Origin: Octopus vulgaris
Taxonomy: Eukaryota
Length of the DNA: 64,000 nucleotides
Direction of reading: 5' to 3'
NCBI GenBank assembly: GCA_951406725.2
Contig: OX597819.1
Location: 19,654,001 to 19,718,000 of the forward strand
Shown: positions 29,679-40,296 of the stretch, piece after piece
How positions within the stretch are numbered: position 1 is the first letter of the stretch
Layout: each line of letters opens with the position of its first letter
The notes under the pieces: model-generated
The model's input: the letters and a program-made list of their open reading frames with translations, nothing else
Databases searched by the model: none
What the model was told of the DNA's origin: nothing
Made by a program: the position numbers and the translations under genes

Positions 29679-30172
29679 TGTAGTAGTGTTGACAGTCATG
29701 CTTCACAGTTTTTGACTGTAGCAAGATGAGTGATTCTGTGCTATAAATACAGCTGGGTAGGCTCCAGAGTACTAGGTTTTGCAAACTGTATTCTGACCAA
29801 TCAGTGTGTAGTATCACTCAATTACTTAAGCTGATTGGTTGGTTGAGCTGATTGGTTTAGGCATCACGCTTTGTTGGACAGGTCAAGAGTCCTGTATCTT
29901 GACCCTGGCCGAAGCAGCAATTGTTGGGTTATTTTTAGAAATGTTGTAAATATCCTTTGTCAGAGATTTTTATATTTTTATATTTCAATTGTCATCATCA
30001 TCATTGTCAGCACCTTAATTATTGTTGCTAGTGGTGATGGTGGTGGCAATAGAACTTTTAACCCTAAATAAGATAATTTTCCTGCTATCTTCGTCTTGAT
30101 CACCTTTAGTATTGTTGTTGTTGTTAGTGGTCATGGTCGTAGCAGTGGAAGTAATACCTCTAAGTATTATTA

Positions 30173-33100
30173 TTATTGCTTATTTAGCTTGGGTTCGAAT
30201 TTATCAATAAAATTCTTTTCTCTGATTTTCCTCTCGATTTCACTTGGGCTGTGTAATTTGTAGAATGGAAATATTATATATATTTTCCGACCACATGTTG
30301 CTAGGTGGTTACTCAAAGGTATCTGACGGACCTCTGGGTCTCTAATCTGTTGCCGGTGTACACGTGAGCGTTCTAATAGTGCGTTTCCCGTCTGACCTAC
30401 ATATATTTCTTCACAATTTGGGCATTTGATGCAGTAAATTAAATTTCTGCTTTTGCAGTTCATATTCGCGTTTGTGAATATTTTCCCGGTTTTTGTGTTT
30501 ATATATTGACCGGTATGTATGAATTGGCATGTGCCACATCGGCTATCATTGCATTTAGATACCGTGAATGTTTGGTCTTTGTTGCTGAGGTCAAATTTTG
30601 CCTTTGTTAGTAATGTTTTCAAGTTTTTAAGCTGTCTTTTACTAAGCACCATAGCTCGATCCTTGATTATGTCTTTTAATTCATTACTTTGGGCAATGAT
30701 TGGTAGGTTTGCTTTGGCAATGTTGAAGATATTCTGGTGACATGGGTTGTGTGTCACTATGAATGGTATGACTTGTTCTTGTTTTCCTCTTCCTTGGGTT
30801 GTCCTAAGTTGTTGTATAGGTATTTTTATAGCCCGCTGTATGCCATTTTCTATAAGTAGAGATGGGTATTTTTGTTTGAGCAAAAATTCTCTTAGTTCTA
30901 TTAGGCGTTTGTTCCTGATATTTGCATCTTCTACAATAGTACAAATTCTTCTGGCTAGGCAGTATGGGATGTTACGTTTTGTATGTGGTGGATGGCACGA
31001 CTTAAAATTTAGGTATTGATGTGTGTCTGTGTGTTTATAGTATATATCTGTGGTGATGGTGGTGTCTTTTTTAATTACCATTATATCCAGGAATGGTAAT
31101 TTGGTACTACTCATCTCCTTTGTAAATTTGAGAGATGGGTGTAGGTTGTTCAGGAGGATATTGAACTCTTCCAGAGTATTTAGAGATTCTGTCCAGATTA
31201 TGAAACAGTCGTCTAGGTATCTCTTCCATGCCTTTTCAATATACTTTCTAAATCCAGTGCCATAGTTTACCTCCACCTCTTGGTAGAGTTGTTCTTCTAA
31301 GTATCCCATTACAGAGTTGGCGTAAACGGGAGCAAACCTCGTTCCCATCGCCGTGCCTCTAATTTGGATGTAATTCTTTCCATTGAAGAAGAATGTGTTA
31401 TTTTCTAGAATAAGTTTGACTGTGTCTAATATAAATGGCACTGTGAATCTGCTGGGAATCACTTCTCTATGTTTTTCTAACCAGTATTTAATCGCCTTTA
31501 TTCCTAAATCGTGTGGAATATTGGTGTAGAGGCTTACCACATCAAAACTTAGCAAAACTGAATTTGTTTCTGTTGTTTTGGGAAGATGGGACAGGAAGTC
31601 GATGTCATCCCTGATGAAACTTGGTATGTAAGTACATAGTGGTTTCAAAACAATGTCAATAAAATTGCTTAGACGGTGTGTAGGGCATGCTGGACCAGCT
31701 ATAATAGGTCTAAGTTTTAGGTCTTTTGGATGTAATAATTTTATGTACTCACTTTCTTGTTCTTTTACTGCCTGTTGAATGTTTTTTGATTTGTGTATTT
31801 TTGGTAAGCCGTAGAAGTTGCTGGGTTTTGGTTCAAAATTGGTGATGTAGTCTTTTTCATTATCCGTAAGTGAGTTGTGGTGTGTTGAAATCAGGTTGTT
31901 GATCTTTTTCATGATGTGGTGGTCTATATTTGCGGGTATTTCACAATAGAAGGTTGTATCCTTCAGTTGGTCTTCAACCAAATCCTTATAGTATTCGGTA
32001 TCCATAATAACAATTGCACCACCTTTATCTGCTTGTTTAATTATTATTGTTTGATCGTTTTGTATACGTTTACATGCAGACATCTCTGATTTGCTAATGT
32101 TTGGCCTAACATTGGTATTGCGTCTAAGGGGAAATTTAGACAGGATATCAATGTATTGGTCAAGGTAGTTATTTCTTCCTTTTGGTGGGGTGAAATTTGA
32201 TTTATTCCTTACTAGGGATTCATCAATCTCATTACTTTTGTTAGCGAAGAATTCTACAAGTCGTAATTTTCGACAGAATTTTTGGATATCCTCCTTTAAT
32301 TCTTGGTGGTTGGCTGTTGGTGTAGGTGTGAATTTCAGTCCTTTTGACAGAAGTTGGATTTCATCATTGTCAAGATCTCTTTTTGATAAATTAATTATTT
32401 TAGGATCTATACGTTCAGTTGTTTGGATTTTTTCTTTCTCCGGTGTTTGTTGTCCTGACGTAAAAAAATGGATTTTTTTCTGGTTATGATTTATATTCCT
32501 GTTGATGTTTGCTTGATGAATTTTGCGTTTTGGTTGTGGTACTTTACTTGGTTTCGTTATGTTTTCTGTCTTGTTTTTGGTATTATGTATGCTACTTTTC
32601 AATTTCTTGTTAGCATTGTTTTTAACCACCTGGAGAAATGATCTGGGTTTACTTCTAGATCTAGATCGGTTTTTTGTCCAGTTTCTTGTGGGTAATCTCT
32701 GTTGAGGTCTTGAAAATGATCTCCTGTTATTTCTACTGCTAATGGTCTGTTCAAAACAATATCTATTTTGTTTGTGCTTTTTGTTCATGTTGTGTGCATT
32801 AGGGTGTTTGCATACAAAATGGGAAGAGTTCTTACCGTAGTTCGTCTTCGATTCGTGGTGAAACGGGTGTTCATGTTGCCACGTGTTCTGGTGTATGTTG
32901 CGTTGGTGAGGTTGTCCACTTTTAATGCTATTTCTCGGAGTTCTGGTGTCTTTACCGTAATTTGTAGCATATTTGTCGAGAAATAATTGTTTCCGCTGCC
33001 AAAACTTTCTTGATCTGCTTTCTTCTTTTGAGATATCTCTGATCCATAGTTCTCGCATTTTTTCTGCTATATTGCCGGTCGTTAGTTTGGATATTTCATC

Positions 33101-33493
33101 TCTGATTTGATCATCGATAGCTTCGTATTTGGCTTTGTAGCGGGATTGTTTAGACAGGGTAATGGAGATGTCGGTCCTGAATTTTATCAAACTAAGTTCC
33201 CATCGAAGTTTAGTTTCTTCCTCTGGTTCTCCTGCAATTTCTTTAATTAGGTACTTCCGAGGAAGTATGGGTGCCGCTAAAGATATCCATTTCGAATGTA
33301 TTTCAGCATATTTTTCGCATTTATATGCCTTCCAGAAGTTTTGTTTTCTTATGTTAAGGAGTTTTTTCCATGTCTTCTGTATCTCTTCTCTTTTTCGGTG
33401 TGCCTCTTTTTCCAGATTTCTTTCGTTTATTTCTGACATCCAAGGAGGTTGTGGTAGGCTTTCTCTTGTAGATTTTATAATTGTTGGTATCAT
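30173..33493 (-). CDS. PLE polyprotein, 1106 aa: coiled-coil/basic region fused to RT and GIY-YIG endonuclease; 5'-truncated, with the frame open up to the inversion junction at ~33583
   Basis: RT motifs: IINLSKRDL..LLSKGLKFTPTP, KQADKGGAIVIMD, FYGLPKIHK, LRPIIAG, SFDVVSLYTNIP, GTAMGTRFAPVYAN, RYLDD, LPFLD. Linker CNDSRCGTC. Endonuclease NLIYCIKCPNCEEIYVGQT...R...H. Upstream codons (SSILKEIEKQSTDGKLGNEHINSEIKNLAE-M) stay open until a TGA at the junction. Confidence 0.95.
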   Translation of the reverse strand: MIPTIIKSTRESLPQPPWMSEINERNLEKEAHRKREEIQKTWKKLLNIRKQNFWKAYKCEKYAEIHSKWISLAAPILPRKYLIKEIAGEPEEETKLRWELSLIKFRTDISITLSKQSRYKAKYEAIDDQIRDEISKLTTGNIAEKMRELWIRDISKEESRSRKFWQRKQLFLDKYATNYGKDTRTPRNSIKSGQPHQRNIHQNTWQHEHPFHHESKTNYGKNSSHFVCKHPNAHNMNKKHKQNRYCFEQTISSRNNRRSFSRPQQRLPTRNWTKNRSRSRSKPRSFLQVVKNNANKKLKSSIHNTKNKTENITKPSKVPQPKRKIHQANINRNINHNQKKIHFFTSGQQTPEKEKIQTTERIDPKIINLSKRDLDNDEIQLLSKGLKFTPTPTANHQELKEDIQKFCRKLRLVEFFANKSNEIDESLVRNKSNFTPPKGRNNYLDQYIDILSKFPLRRNTNVRPNISKSEMSACKRIQNDQTIIIKQADKGGAIVIMDTEYYKDLVEDQLKDTTFYCEIPANIDHHIMKKINNLISTHHNSLTDNEKDYITNFEPKPSNFYGLPKIHKSKNIQQAVKEQESEYIKLLHPKDLKLRPIIAGPACPTHRLSNFIDIVLKPLCTYIPSFIRDDIDFLSHLPKTTETNSVLLSFDVVSLYTNIPHDLGIKAIKYWLEKHREVIPSRFTVPFILDTVKLILENNTFFFNGKNYIQIRGTAMGTRFAPVYANSVMGYLEEQLYQEVEVNYGTGFRKYIEKAWKRYLDDCFIIWTESLNTLEEFNILLNNLHPSLKFTKEMSSTKLPFLDIMVIKKDTTITTDIYYKHTDTHQYLNFKSCHPPHTKRNIPYCLARRICTIVEDANIRNKRLIELREFLLKQKYPSLLIENGIQRAIKIPIQQLRTTQGRGKQEQVIPFIVTHNPCHQNIFNIAKANLPIIAQSNELKDIIKDRAMVLSKRQLKNLKTLLTKAKFDLSNKDQTFTVSKCNDSRCGTCQFIHTGQYINTKTGKIFTNANMNCKSRNLIYCIKCPNCEEIYVGQTGNALLERSRVHRQQIRDPEVRQIPLSNHLATCGRKIYIIFPFYKLHSPSEIERKIREKNFIDKFEPKLNKQ

Positions 33494-33583
33494 TTCAGCT
33501 AAATTCTTAATTTCAGAGTTTATGTGTTCATTTCCAAGTTTTCCGTCTGTAGACTGTTTTTCTATTTCCTTTAAAATAGAGGA

Positions 33584-34207
33584 TCAAGAAAGTTTTGGCA
33601 GCGGAAACAATTATTTCTCGACAAATATGCTACAAATTACGGTAAAGACACCAGAACTCCGAGAAATAGCATTAAAAGTGGACAACCTCACCAACGCAAC
33701 ATACACCAGAACACGTGGCAACATGAACACCCGTTTCACCACGAATCGAAGACGAACTACGGTAAGAACTCTTCCCATTTTGTATGCAAACACCCTAATG
33801 CACACAACATGAACAAAAAGCACAAACAAAATAGATATTGTTTTGAACAGACCATTAGCAGTAGAAATAACAGGAGATCATTTTCAAGACCTCAACAGAG
33901 ATTACCCACAAGAAACTGGACAAAAAACCGATCTAGATCTAGAAGTAAACCCAGATCATTTCTCCAGGTGGTTAAAAACAATGCTAACAAGAAATTGAAA
34001 AGTAGCATACATAATACCAAAAACAAGACAGAAAACATAACGAAACCAAGTAAAGTACCACAACCAAAACGCAAAATTCATCAAGCAAACATCAACAGGA
34101 ATATAAATCATAACCAGAAAAAAATCCATTTTTTTACGTCAGGACAACAAACACCGGAGAAAGAAAAAATCCAAGAGGAAACATACCCCAAACAACTGAA
34201 CGTATAG
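33584..34207 (+). CDS. C-terminal part of PLE ORF1 (Arg/Lys/Ser-rich, RSRSRS), 5'-truncated, ending EETYPKQLNV* and overlapping the RT frame by 94 nt
   Basis: Same sequence as the left-arm polyprotein from SRKFWQRKQ to KEKIQ, but here it stops at 34205-34207 because of 17 extra nt at 34175-34191. Confidence 0.75.
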   Translation, partial: SRKFWQRKQLFLDKYATNYGKDTRTPRNSIKSGQPHQRNIHQNTWQHEHPFHHESKTNYGKNSSHFVCKHPNAHNMNKKHKQNRYCFEQTISSRNNRRSFSRPQQRLPTRNWTKNRSRSRSKPRSFLQVVKNNANKKLKSSIHNTKNKTENITKPSKVPQPKRKIHQANINRNINHNQKKIHFFTSGQQTPEKEKIQEETYPKQLNV

Positions 34208-36441
34208 ATCCTAAAATAATTAATTTATCAAAAAGAGATCTTGACAATGATGAAATCCAACTTCTGTCAAAAGGACTGAAATTCACACCTACACCAACAG
34301 CCAACCACCAAGAATTAAAGGAGGATATCCAAAAATTCTGTCGAAAATTACGACTTGTAGAATTCTTCGCTAACAAAAGTAATGAGATTGATGAATCCCT
34401 AGTAAGGAATAAATCAAATTTCACCCCACCAAAAGGAAGAAATAACTACCTTGACCAATACATTGATATCCTGTCTAAATTTCCCCTTAGACGCAATACC
34501 AATGTTAGGCCAAACATTAGCAAATCAGAGATGTCTGCATGTAAACGTATACAAAACGATCAAACAATAATAATTAAACAAGCAGATAAAGGTGGTGCAA
34601 TTGTTATTATGGATACCGAATACTATAAGGATTTGGTTGAAGACCAACTGAAGGATACAACCTTCTATTGTGAAATACCCGCAAATATAGACCACCACAT
34701 CATGAAAAAGATCAACAACCTGATTTCAACACACCACAACTCACTTACGGATAATGAAAAAGACTACATCACCAATTTTGAACCAAAACCCAGCAACTTC
34801 TACGGCTTACCAAAAATACACAAATCAAAAAACATTCAACAGGCAGTAAAAGAACAAGAAAGTGAGTACATAAAATTATTACATCCAAAAGACCTAAAAC
34901 TTAGACCTATTATAGCTGGTCCAGCATGCCCTACACACCGTCTAAGCAATTTTATTGACATTGTTTTGAAACCACTATGTACTTACATACCAAGTTTCAT
35001 CAGGGATGACATCGACTTCCTGTCCCATCTTCCCAAAACAACAGAAACAAATTCAGTTTTGCTAAGTTTTGATGTGGTAAGCCTCTACACCAATATTCCA
35101 CACGATTTAGGAATAAAGGCGATTAAATACTGGTTAGAAAAACATAGAGAAGTGATTCCCAGCAGATTCACAGTGCCATTTATATTAGACACAGTCAAAC
35201 TTATTCTAGAAAATAACACATTCTTCTTCAATGGAAAGAATTACATCCAAATTAGAGGCACGGCGATGGGAACGAGGTTTGCTCCCGTTTACGCCAACTC
35301 TGTAATGGGATACTTAGAAGAACAACTCTACCAAGAGGTGGAGGTAAACTATGGCACTGGATTTAGAAAGTATATTGAAAAGGCATGGAAGAGATACCTA
35401 GACGACTGTTTCATAATCTGGACAGAATCTCTAAATACTCTGGAAGAGTTCAATATCCTCCTGAACAACCTACACCCATCTCTCAAATTTACAAAGGAGA
35501 TGAGTAGTACCAAATTACCATTCCTGGATATAATGGTAATTAAAAAAGACACCACCATCACCACAGATATATACTATAAACACACAGACACACATCAATA
35601 CCTAAATTTTAAGTCGTGCCATCCACCACATACAAAACGTAACATCCCATACTGCCTAGCCAGAAGAATTTGTACTATTGTAGAAGATGCAAATATCAGG
35701 AACAAACGCCTAATAGAACTAAGAGAATTTTTGCTCAAACAAAAATACCCATCTCTACTTATAGAAAATGGCATACAGCGGGCTATAAAAATACCTATAC
35801 AACAACTTAGGACAACCCAAGGAAGAGGAAAACAAGAACAAGTCATACCATTCATAGTGACACACAACCCATGTCACCAGAATATCTTCAACATTGCCAA
35901 AGCAAACCTACCAATCATTGCCCAAAGTAATGAATTAAAAGACATAATCAAGGATCGAGCTATGGTGCTTAGTAAAAGACAGCCTAAAAACTTGAAAACA
36001 TTACTAACAAAGGCAAAATTTGACCTCAGCAACAAAGACCAAACATTCACGGTATCTAAATGCAATGATAGCCGATGTGGCACATGCCAATTCATACATA
36101 CCGGTCAATATATAAACACAAAAACCGGGAAAATATTCACAAACGCGAATATGAACTGCAAAAGCAGAAATTTAATTTACTGCATCAAATGCCCAAATTG
36201 TGAAGAAATATATGTAGGTCAGACGGGAAACGCACTATTAGAACGCTCACGTGTACACCGGCAACAGATTAGAGACCCAGAGGTCCGTCAGATACCTTTG
36301 AGTAACCACCTAGCAACATGTGGTCGGAAAATATATATAATATTTCCATTCTACAAATTACACAGCCCAAGTGAAATCGAGAGGAAAATCAGAGAAAAGA
36401 ATTTTATTGATAAATTCGAACCCAAGCTAAATAAGCAATAA
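34114..36441 (+). CDS. PLE RT + GIY-YIG ORF of the right arm; frame opens after TAA at 34111-34113, first AUG only at 34531
   Basis: The 636-aa ORF from 34531 matches the left-arm protein apart from KRQP vs KRQL. The frame is open for 139 codons upstream and includes the conserved IINLS..LLSKGLKFTPTP motif. Confidence 0.92.
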   Translation, partial: PEKNPFFYVRTTNTGERKNPRGNIPQTTERIDPKIINLSKRDLDNDEIQLLSKGLKFTPTPTANHQELKEDIQKFCRKLRLVEFFANKSNEIDESLVRNKSNFTPPKGRNNYLDQYIDILSKFPLRRNTNVRPNISKSEMSACKRIQNDQTIIIKQADKGGAIVIMDTEYYKDLVEDQLKDTTFYCEIPANIDHHIMKKINNLISTHHNSLTDNEKDYITNFEPKPSNFYGLPKIHKSKNIQQAVKEQESEYIKLLHPKDLKLRPIIAGPACPTHRLSNFIDIVLKPLCTYIPSFIRDDIDFLSHLPKTTETNSVLLSFDVVSLYTNIPHDLGIKAIKYWLEKHREVIPSRFTVPFILDTVKLILENNTFFFNGKNYIQIRGTAMGTRFAPVYANSVMGYLEEQLYQEVEVNYGTGFRKYIEKAWKRYLDDCFIIWTESLNTLEEFNILLNNLHPSLKFTKEMSSTKLPFLDIMVIKKDTTITTDIYYKHTDTHQYLNFKSCHPPHTKRNIPYCLARRICTIVEDANIRNKRLIELREFLLKQKYPSLLIENGIQRAIKIPIQQLRTTQGRGKQEQVIPFIVTHNPCHQNIFNIAKANLPIIAQSNELKDIIKDRAMVLSKRQPKNLKTLLTKAKFDLSNKDQTFTVSKCNDSRCGTCQFIHTGQYINTKTGKIFTNANMNCKSRNLIYCIKCPNCEEIYVGQTGNALLERSRVHRQQIRDPEVRQIPLSNHLATCGRKIYIIFPFYKLHSPSEIERKIREKNFIDKFEPKLNKQ

Positions 36442-36758
36442 TAATAATACTTAGAGGTATTACTTCCACTGCTACGACCATGACCACTAACAACAACAAC
36501 AATACTAAAGGTGATCAAGACGAAGATAGCAGGAAAATTATCTTATTTAGGGTTAAAAGTTCTATTGCCACCACCATCACCACTAGCAACAATAATTAAG
36601 GTGCTGACAATGATGATGATGACAATTGAAATATAAAAATATAAAAATCTCTGACAAAGGATATTTACAACATTTCTAAAAATAACCCAACAATTGCTGC
36701 TTCGGCCAGGGTCAAGATACAGGACTCTTGACCTGTCCAACAAAGCGTGATGCCTAAA

Positions 36759-36872
36759 CCAATCAGCTCAACCAACCAATCAGCTTAAGTAATTGAGTGA
36801 TACTACACACTGATTGGTCAGAATACAGTTTGCAAAACCTAGCACTCTGGAGCCTACGCAGCTGTATTTATA
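36759..36872 (+). promoter_or_regulatory. Putative Pol II promoter in the pLTR: three CCAATCAG boxes and TATTTATA (mirror copy at ~29742-29855)
   Basis: CCAATCAG at 36759 and 36776, inverted CTGATTGG at 36810, TATTTATA at 36865, about 65 nt upstream of the hammerhead. Confidence 0.5.
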
Positions 36873-36935
36873 GCACAGAATCACTCATCTTGCTACAGTC
36901 AAAAACTGTGAAGCATAACTGTCAACACTACTACA

Positions 36936-36980
36936 TGAACCCGAAGATTGCAGAATTCAATGCATGAAAGTACTAGTTCA
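36936..36980 (+). ncRNA. Minimal type I hammerhead ribozyme in the PLE 3' UTR/pLTR (right arm)
   Basis: tgaac-CCGAAGA-ttgca gaattcaa tgcat-GAAA-gtac-TA-gttca. Stem I tgaac/gttca, stem II tgca/tgca, palindromic stem III AGTACT, U4C core variant. PLEs are known to carry such minimal hammerheads. Confidence 0.8.
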
Positions 36981-37142
36981 ATCAGAATGAATATTTAACA
37001 TTCTACTATTTCATTTTATTTTATTCAATTATAATATATTATCTTATAATATATCATTATAAGATTGTAAATAAAACGTGAAAATCAGACAAGGTTGGAA
37101 TTCTTTTTATTAATATATTCTTCTATACACAATCACACACAC

Positions 37143-37199
<57 letters not shown>

Positions 37200-37381
37200 C
37201 ATATATATATATTTATATATATAGATATATATAGATATATATATACATACATAAATATATTTGTATGTTTGTGCGTGTATGTTTGTAAATCTGTGTATAT
37301 ATATATATATATATATACGGTTGTGTGTATATACATATATACATATACATATATATGTGTGTGTATATATATGTATATATA

Positions 37382-37429
<48 letters not shown>

Positions 37430-37442
37430 TAAATATATATAT

Positions 37443-37518
<76 letters not shown>

Positions 37519-38609
37519 CGTCTGTCTCCTGCAATTTCGATGTATGTCTGGCACACACGACAAACCAGTCATCTGATAAGAAATACAATCAGCACCACAC
37601 CAACGCTAAACATGTCTCTTTTCTTCTTCTTATTCAGTTTCAACTTCTTTCTTTCACCATAATCTCTTTCGTTATATGAAGCTTAAAATAAAAAGTAGAC
37701 ATAAATGAAAGTTATGGTGAGAAATTTATAAAGCAACTGAGGAAAGTGTTTTACGTAACAATATTGTTCATTTTTATATATTTTGTGTGTCGTAAGGATG
37801 TTCGACTTGGTGATTGGCCTCAGTAAGGACCTCGTCATCAATTTTCTCGTCCCTAGCGTCGTTCCTACTAGCATCATTATCAACAGCAGCAGCAGCAGCA
37901 ACAACGCAACCACCACCACCACAATGCTCCACCACTATCTCGTCCTCCTTTTCATAATAATAATCCGTCATCGTTCGTCGCTGTTGTCATTGTAAACGGA
38001 ATGATCAGTGATCATCATGACTATCGTAGTCGTTCTCGTCGCCGTCGACGTCGTCATCGTCATCACCATCATCACTGTCATCATCATCATCATTATCATC
38101 ATCATTCTCATCATCATCATCATCGCTGTCGTCATCGTCGTCGCCTTCGTCGCCATCATCATCTTCATCATCAAAGTCTTTTACGTTTTGTGGTTGACTT
38201 TACCTTTCATCCTTTCTGGGTCGATCAATTAAATACCAGTTGAATACTTGGGTTCATAAAATCGATTTTCCCCTTTTTACGTTCATTATCATCTTCTTTC
38301 AAATCTGTTTCCATTTCTTGCCGAGTGTCTTCTTGACACCTAGGACAGAGAAGCGCATTGTACACACTGGTAAGCAATTAAAATAAATAAACCAGTTTGT
38401 ACATTTGGAAAGTCACGTGATAGTAAAAGAGGGGAACAAGAAAAATAGAAGATGAAAAATTAAACAAAGTAAGTTAAGGGGGAAAACGAAAGAAAATTCA
38501 ACAAGACGATGGGTTTCTCAATACGTGTGACGTAGAAATTGAGACAATATTTTGCACTTCTTTTATGGATTCTAAGGCAGGGATCATTCTTAAATAATTT
38601 TCAGGTCTT

Positions 38610-38695
<86 letters not shown>

Positions 38696-38740
38696 TAATC
38701 CATAACCTCACGATACTGTACACTGTGTGATGTCTATAAA

Positions 38741-38788
<48 letters not shown>

Positions 38789-39521
38789 TTTAATAATAAT
38801 AATAATAATAATAATAATGATAATAATAATAATAATTATAATCATAATTATAATTTTAGTTATAATATCAAAGATAATTGCACCCCTCCTTCTCCTTCTC
38901 CCTCTACTCCTTCTCCTCCACCTCCTCCTCATCATCATCCTAATACTACTACTACTACTACTACTATGAAGAATAGTACTCATTATAATAAAAAATTACG
39001 TAATATTATTTTCTTATTATCCCTCCCTCCCTCTTCTCTCCTTTTTACTATCATCCTCATCATCACCAACAGCAACACCACTACAACCACCATCATCATT
39101 ACGAGAGGAAACTGATGCTGCTGCTATTGATGATGATAATTCCGATGACTTTGATGGCTGACGATGTTCCTCTTGTGGTGGTTTGTCGCTGACACAAACC
39201 GCGCTGTGCGCTTCCATTGTTTTCACGACTGTTTTCAATATTCTCATGCAATGTTTTTTTTTTCTGAAATTTATTTGTTTGTTTGTGTTTTTTTTTTTTG
39301 TATTTAATGCTGTTTCTTTTATTGTTTGTGTCCTGTTGTTTTGTGTGTTGTGTTTGCTTCTGATTGACTACAAAGAGGGAAGGTGGGGGTGGAACAATGT
39401 GGAGGTGTAGGGGAGGACATGAAAACTGCACAGATGATTGCGCAATCAGTGAGAAATGATTAAAGTGCAACAGACTACCATCGAAACAAACGAAACAACA
39501 ACAGGTATAATAATAATGACA

Positions 39522-39559
<38 letters not shown>

Positions 39560-39574
39560 ACTAATAATAATAAC

Positions 39575-39652
<78 letters not shown>

Positions 39653-40254
39653 AAGAAGAAGAACGACAACAATAATAATATAATATTAAGTAGAAGAAGA
39701 AGATGAAGAAGAAAAAGACCATTATATAATAAAGATAATGAAAATAGTGATGTAAAAAACATAATGATAATAATAATGATATAAAAAAGATGATAATTAT
39801 AATTAGAAGAGGAAGAAAGGGAAGAAGAAAAGAGAAAGGGGAGGAGGTTGAGGTGGATGAAGCAGAATAATAATAATAATAAGAAGAAGAAGAAGCAGAA
39901 GAAGAAGAGGAGGAGGAGGAATAAGAAGTAGAAGAAGAAGAAGAAGAAGAAGAAGAAGAAGAAGAAGAAGAAGAAGAAGAAGAAGAAGAAGAAGAAGAAG
40001 GAGAAGAAGAAGAAGAAGGAGAAGAAGAATTAGAAACAAAAAAAGAAGAGGGTGTTACGTCATTTTAAAAATGTAGGAAAGAAAGAAAAATTGTGTAAAC
40101 GATGTGTATCGGTGAGAAGACTTTTAACTTCAAACAATGACTGCCATGATGATGATGATGGTGACGCCTCAGACGATGAAGACGATGGTGCTGATGACAG
40201 TGAAAATTTATATAATTTTCGTTGTCATCCTCTTCAGCACCACTACCATCACTG

Positions 40255-40296
<42 letters not shown>

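Larger units (their letters stand above)
29496..37118. mobile_element. Palindromic Penelope-like retroelement (Neptune-type): inverted arms 29496-33015 and 33582-37118, unique spacer 33016-33581, 3' ends pointing outward
   Basis: Both arms encode the same RT/GIY-YIG protein on opposite strands. The outer ends are reverse complements (atatattaataaaaagaattccaacc / ggttggaattctttttattaatatat). The inner match ends at aaaactttcttgatc / gatcaagaaagtttt. The left end abuts (TA)n. Confidence 0.95.

Noticed and set aside
33162-33812. 216-aa plus-strand ORF across the inversion junction, and other short ORFs within the arms
   Set aside because: Antisense or off-frame shadows of the PLE ORFs.
29496-37118. 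Interpretation as a DNA transposon or Polinton with giant TIRs, or as a bacterial retron or group II intron
   Set aside because: The only enzyme encoded is a PLE-type RT with GIY-YIG; no transposase or integrase, and the context is eukaryotic.
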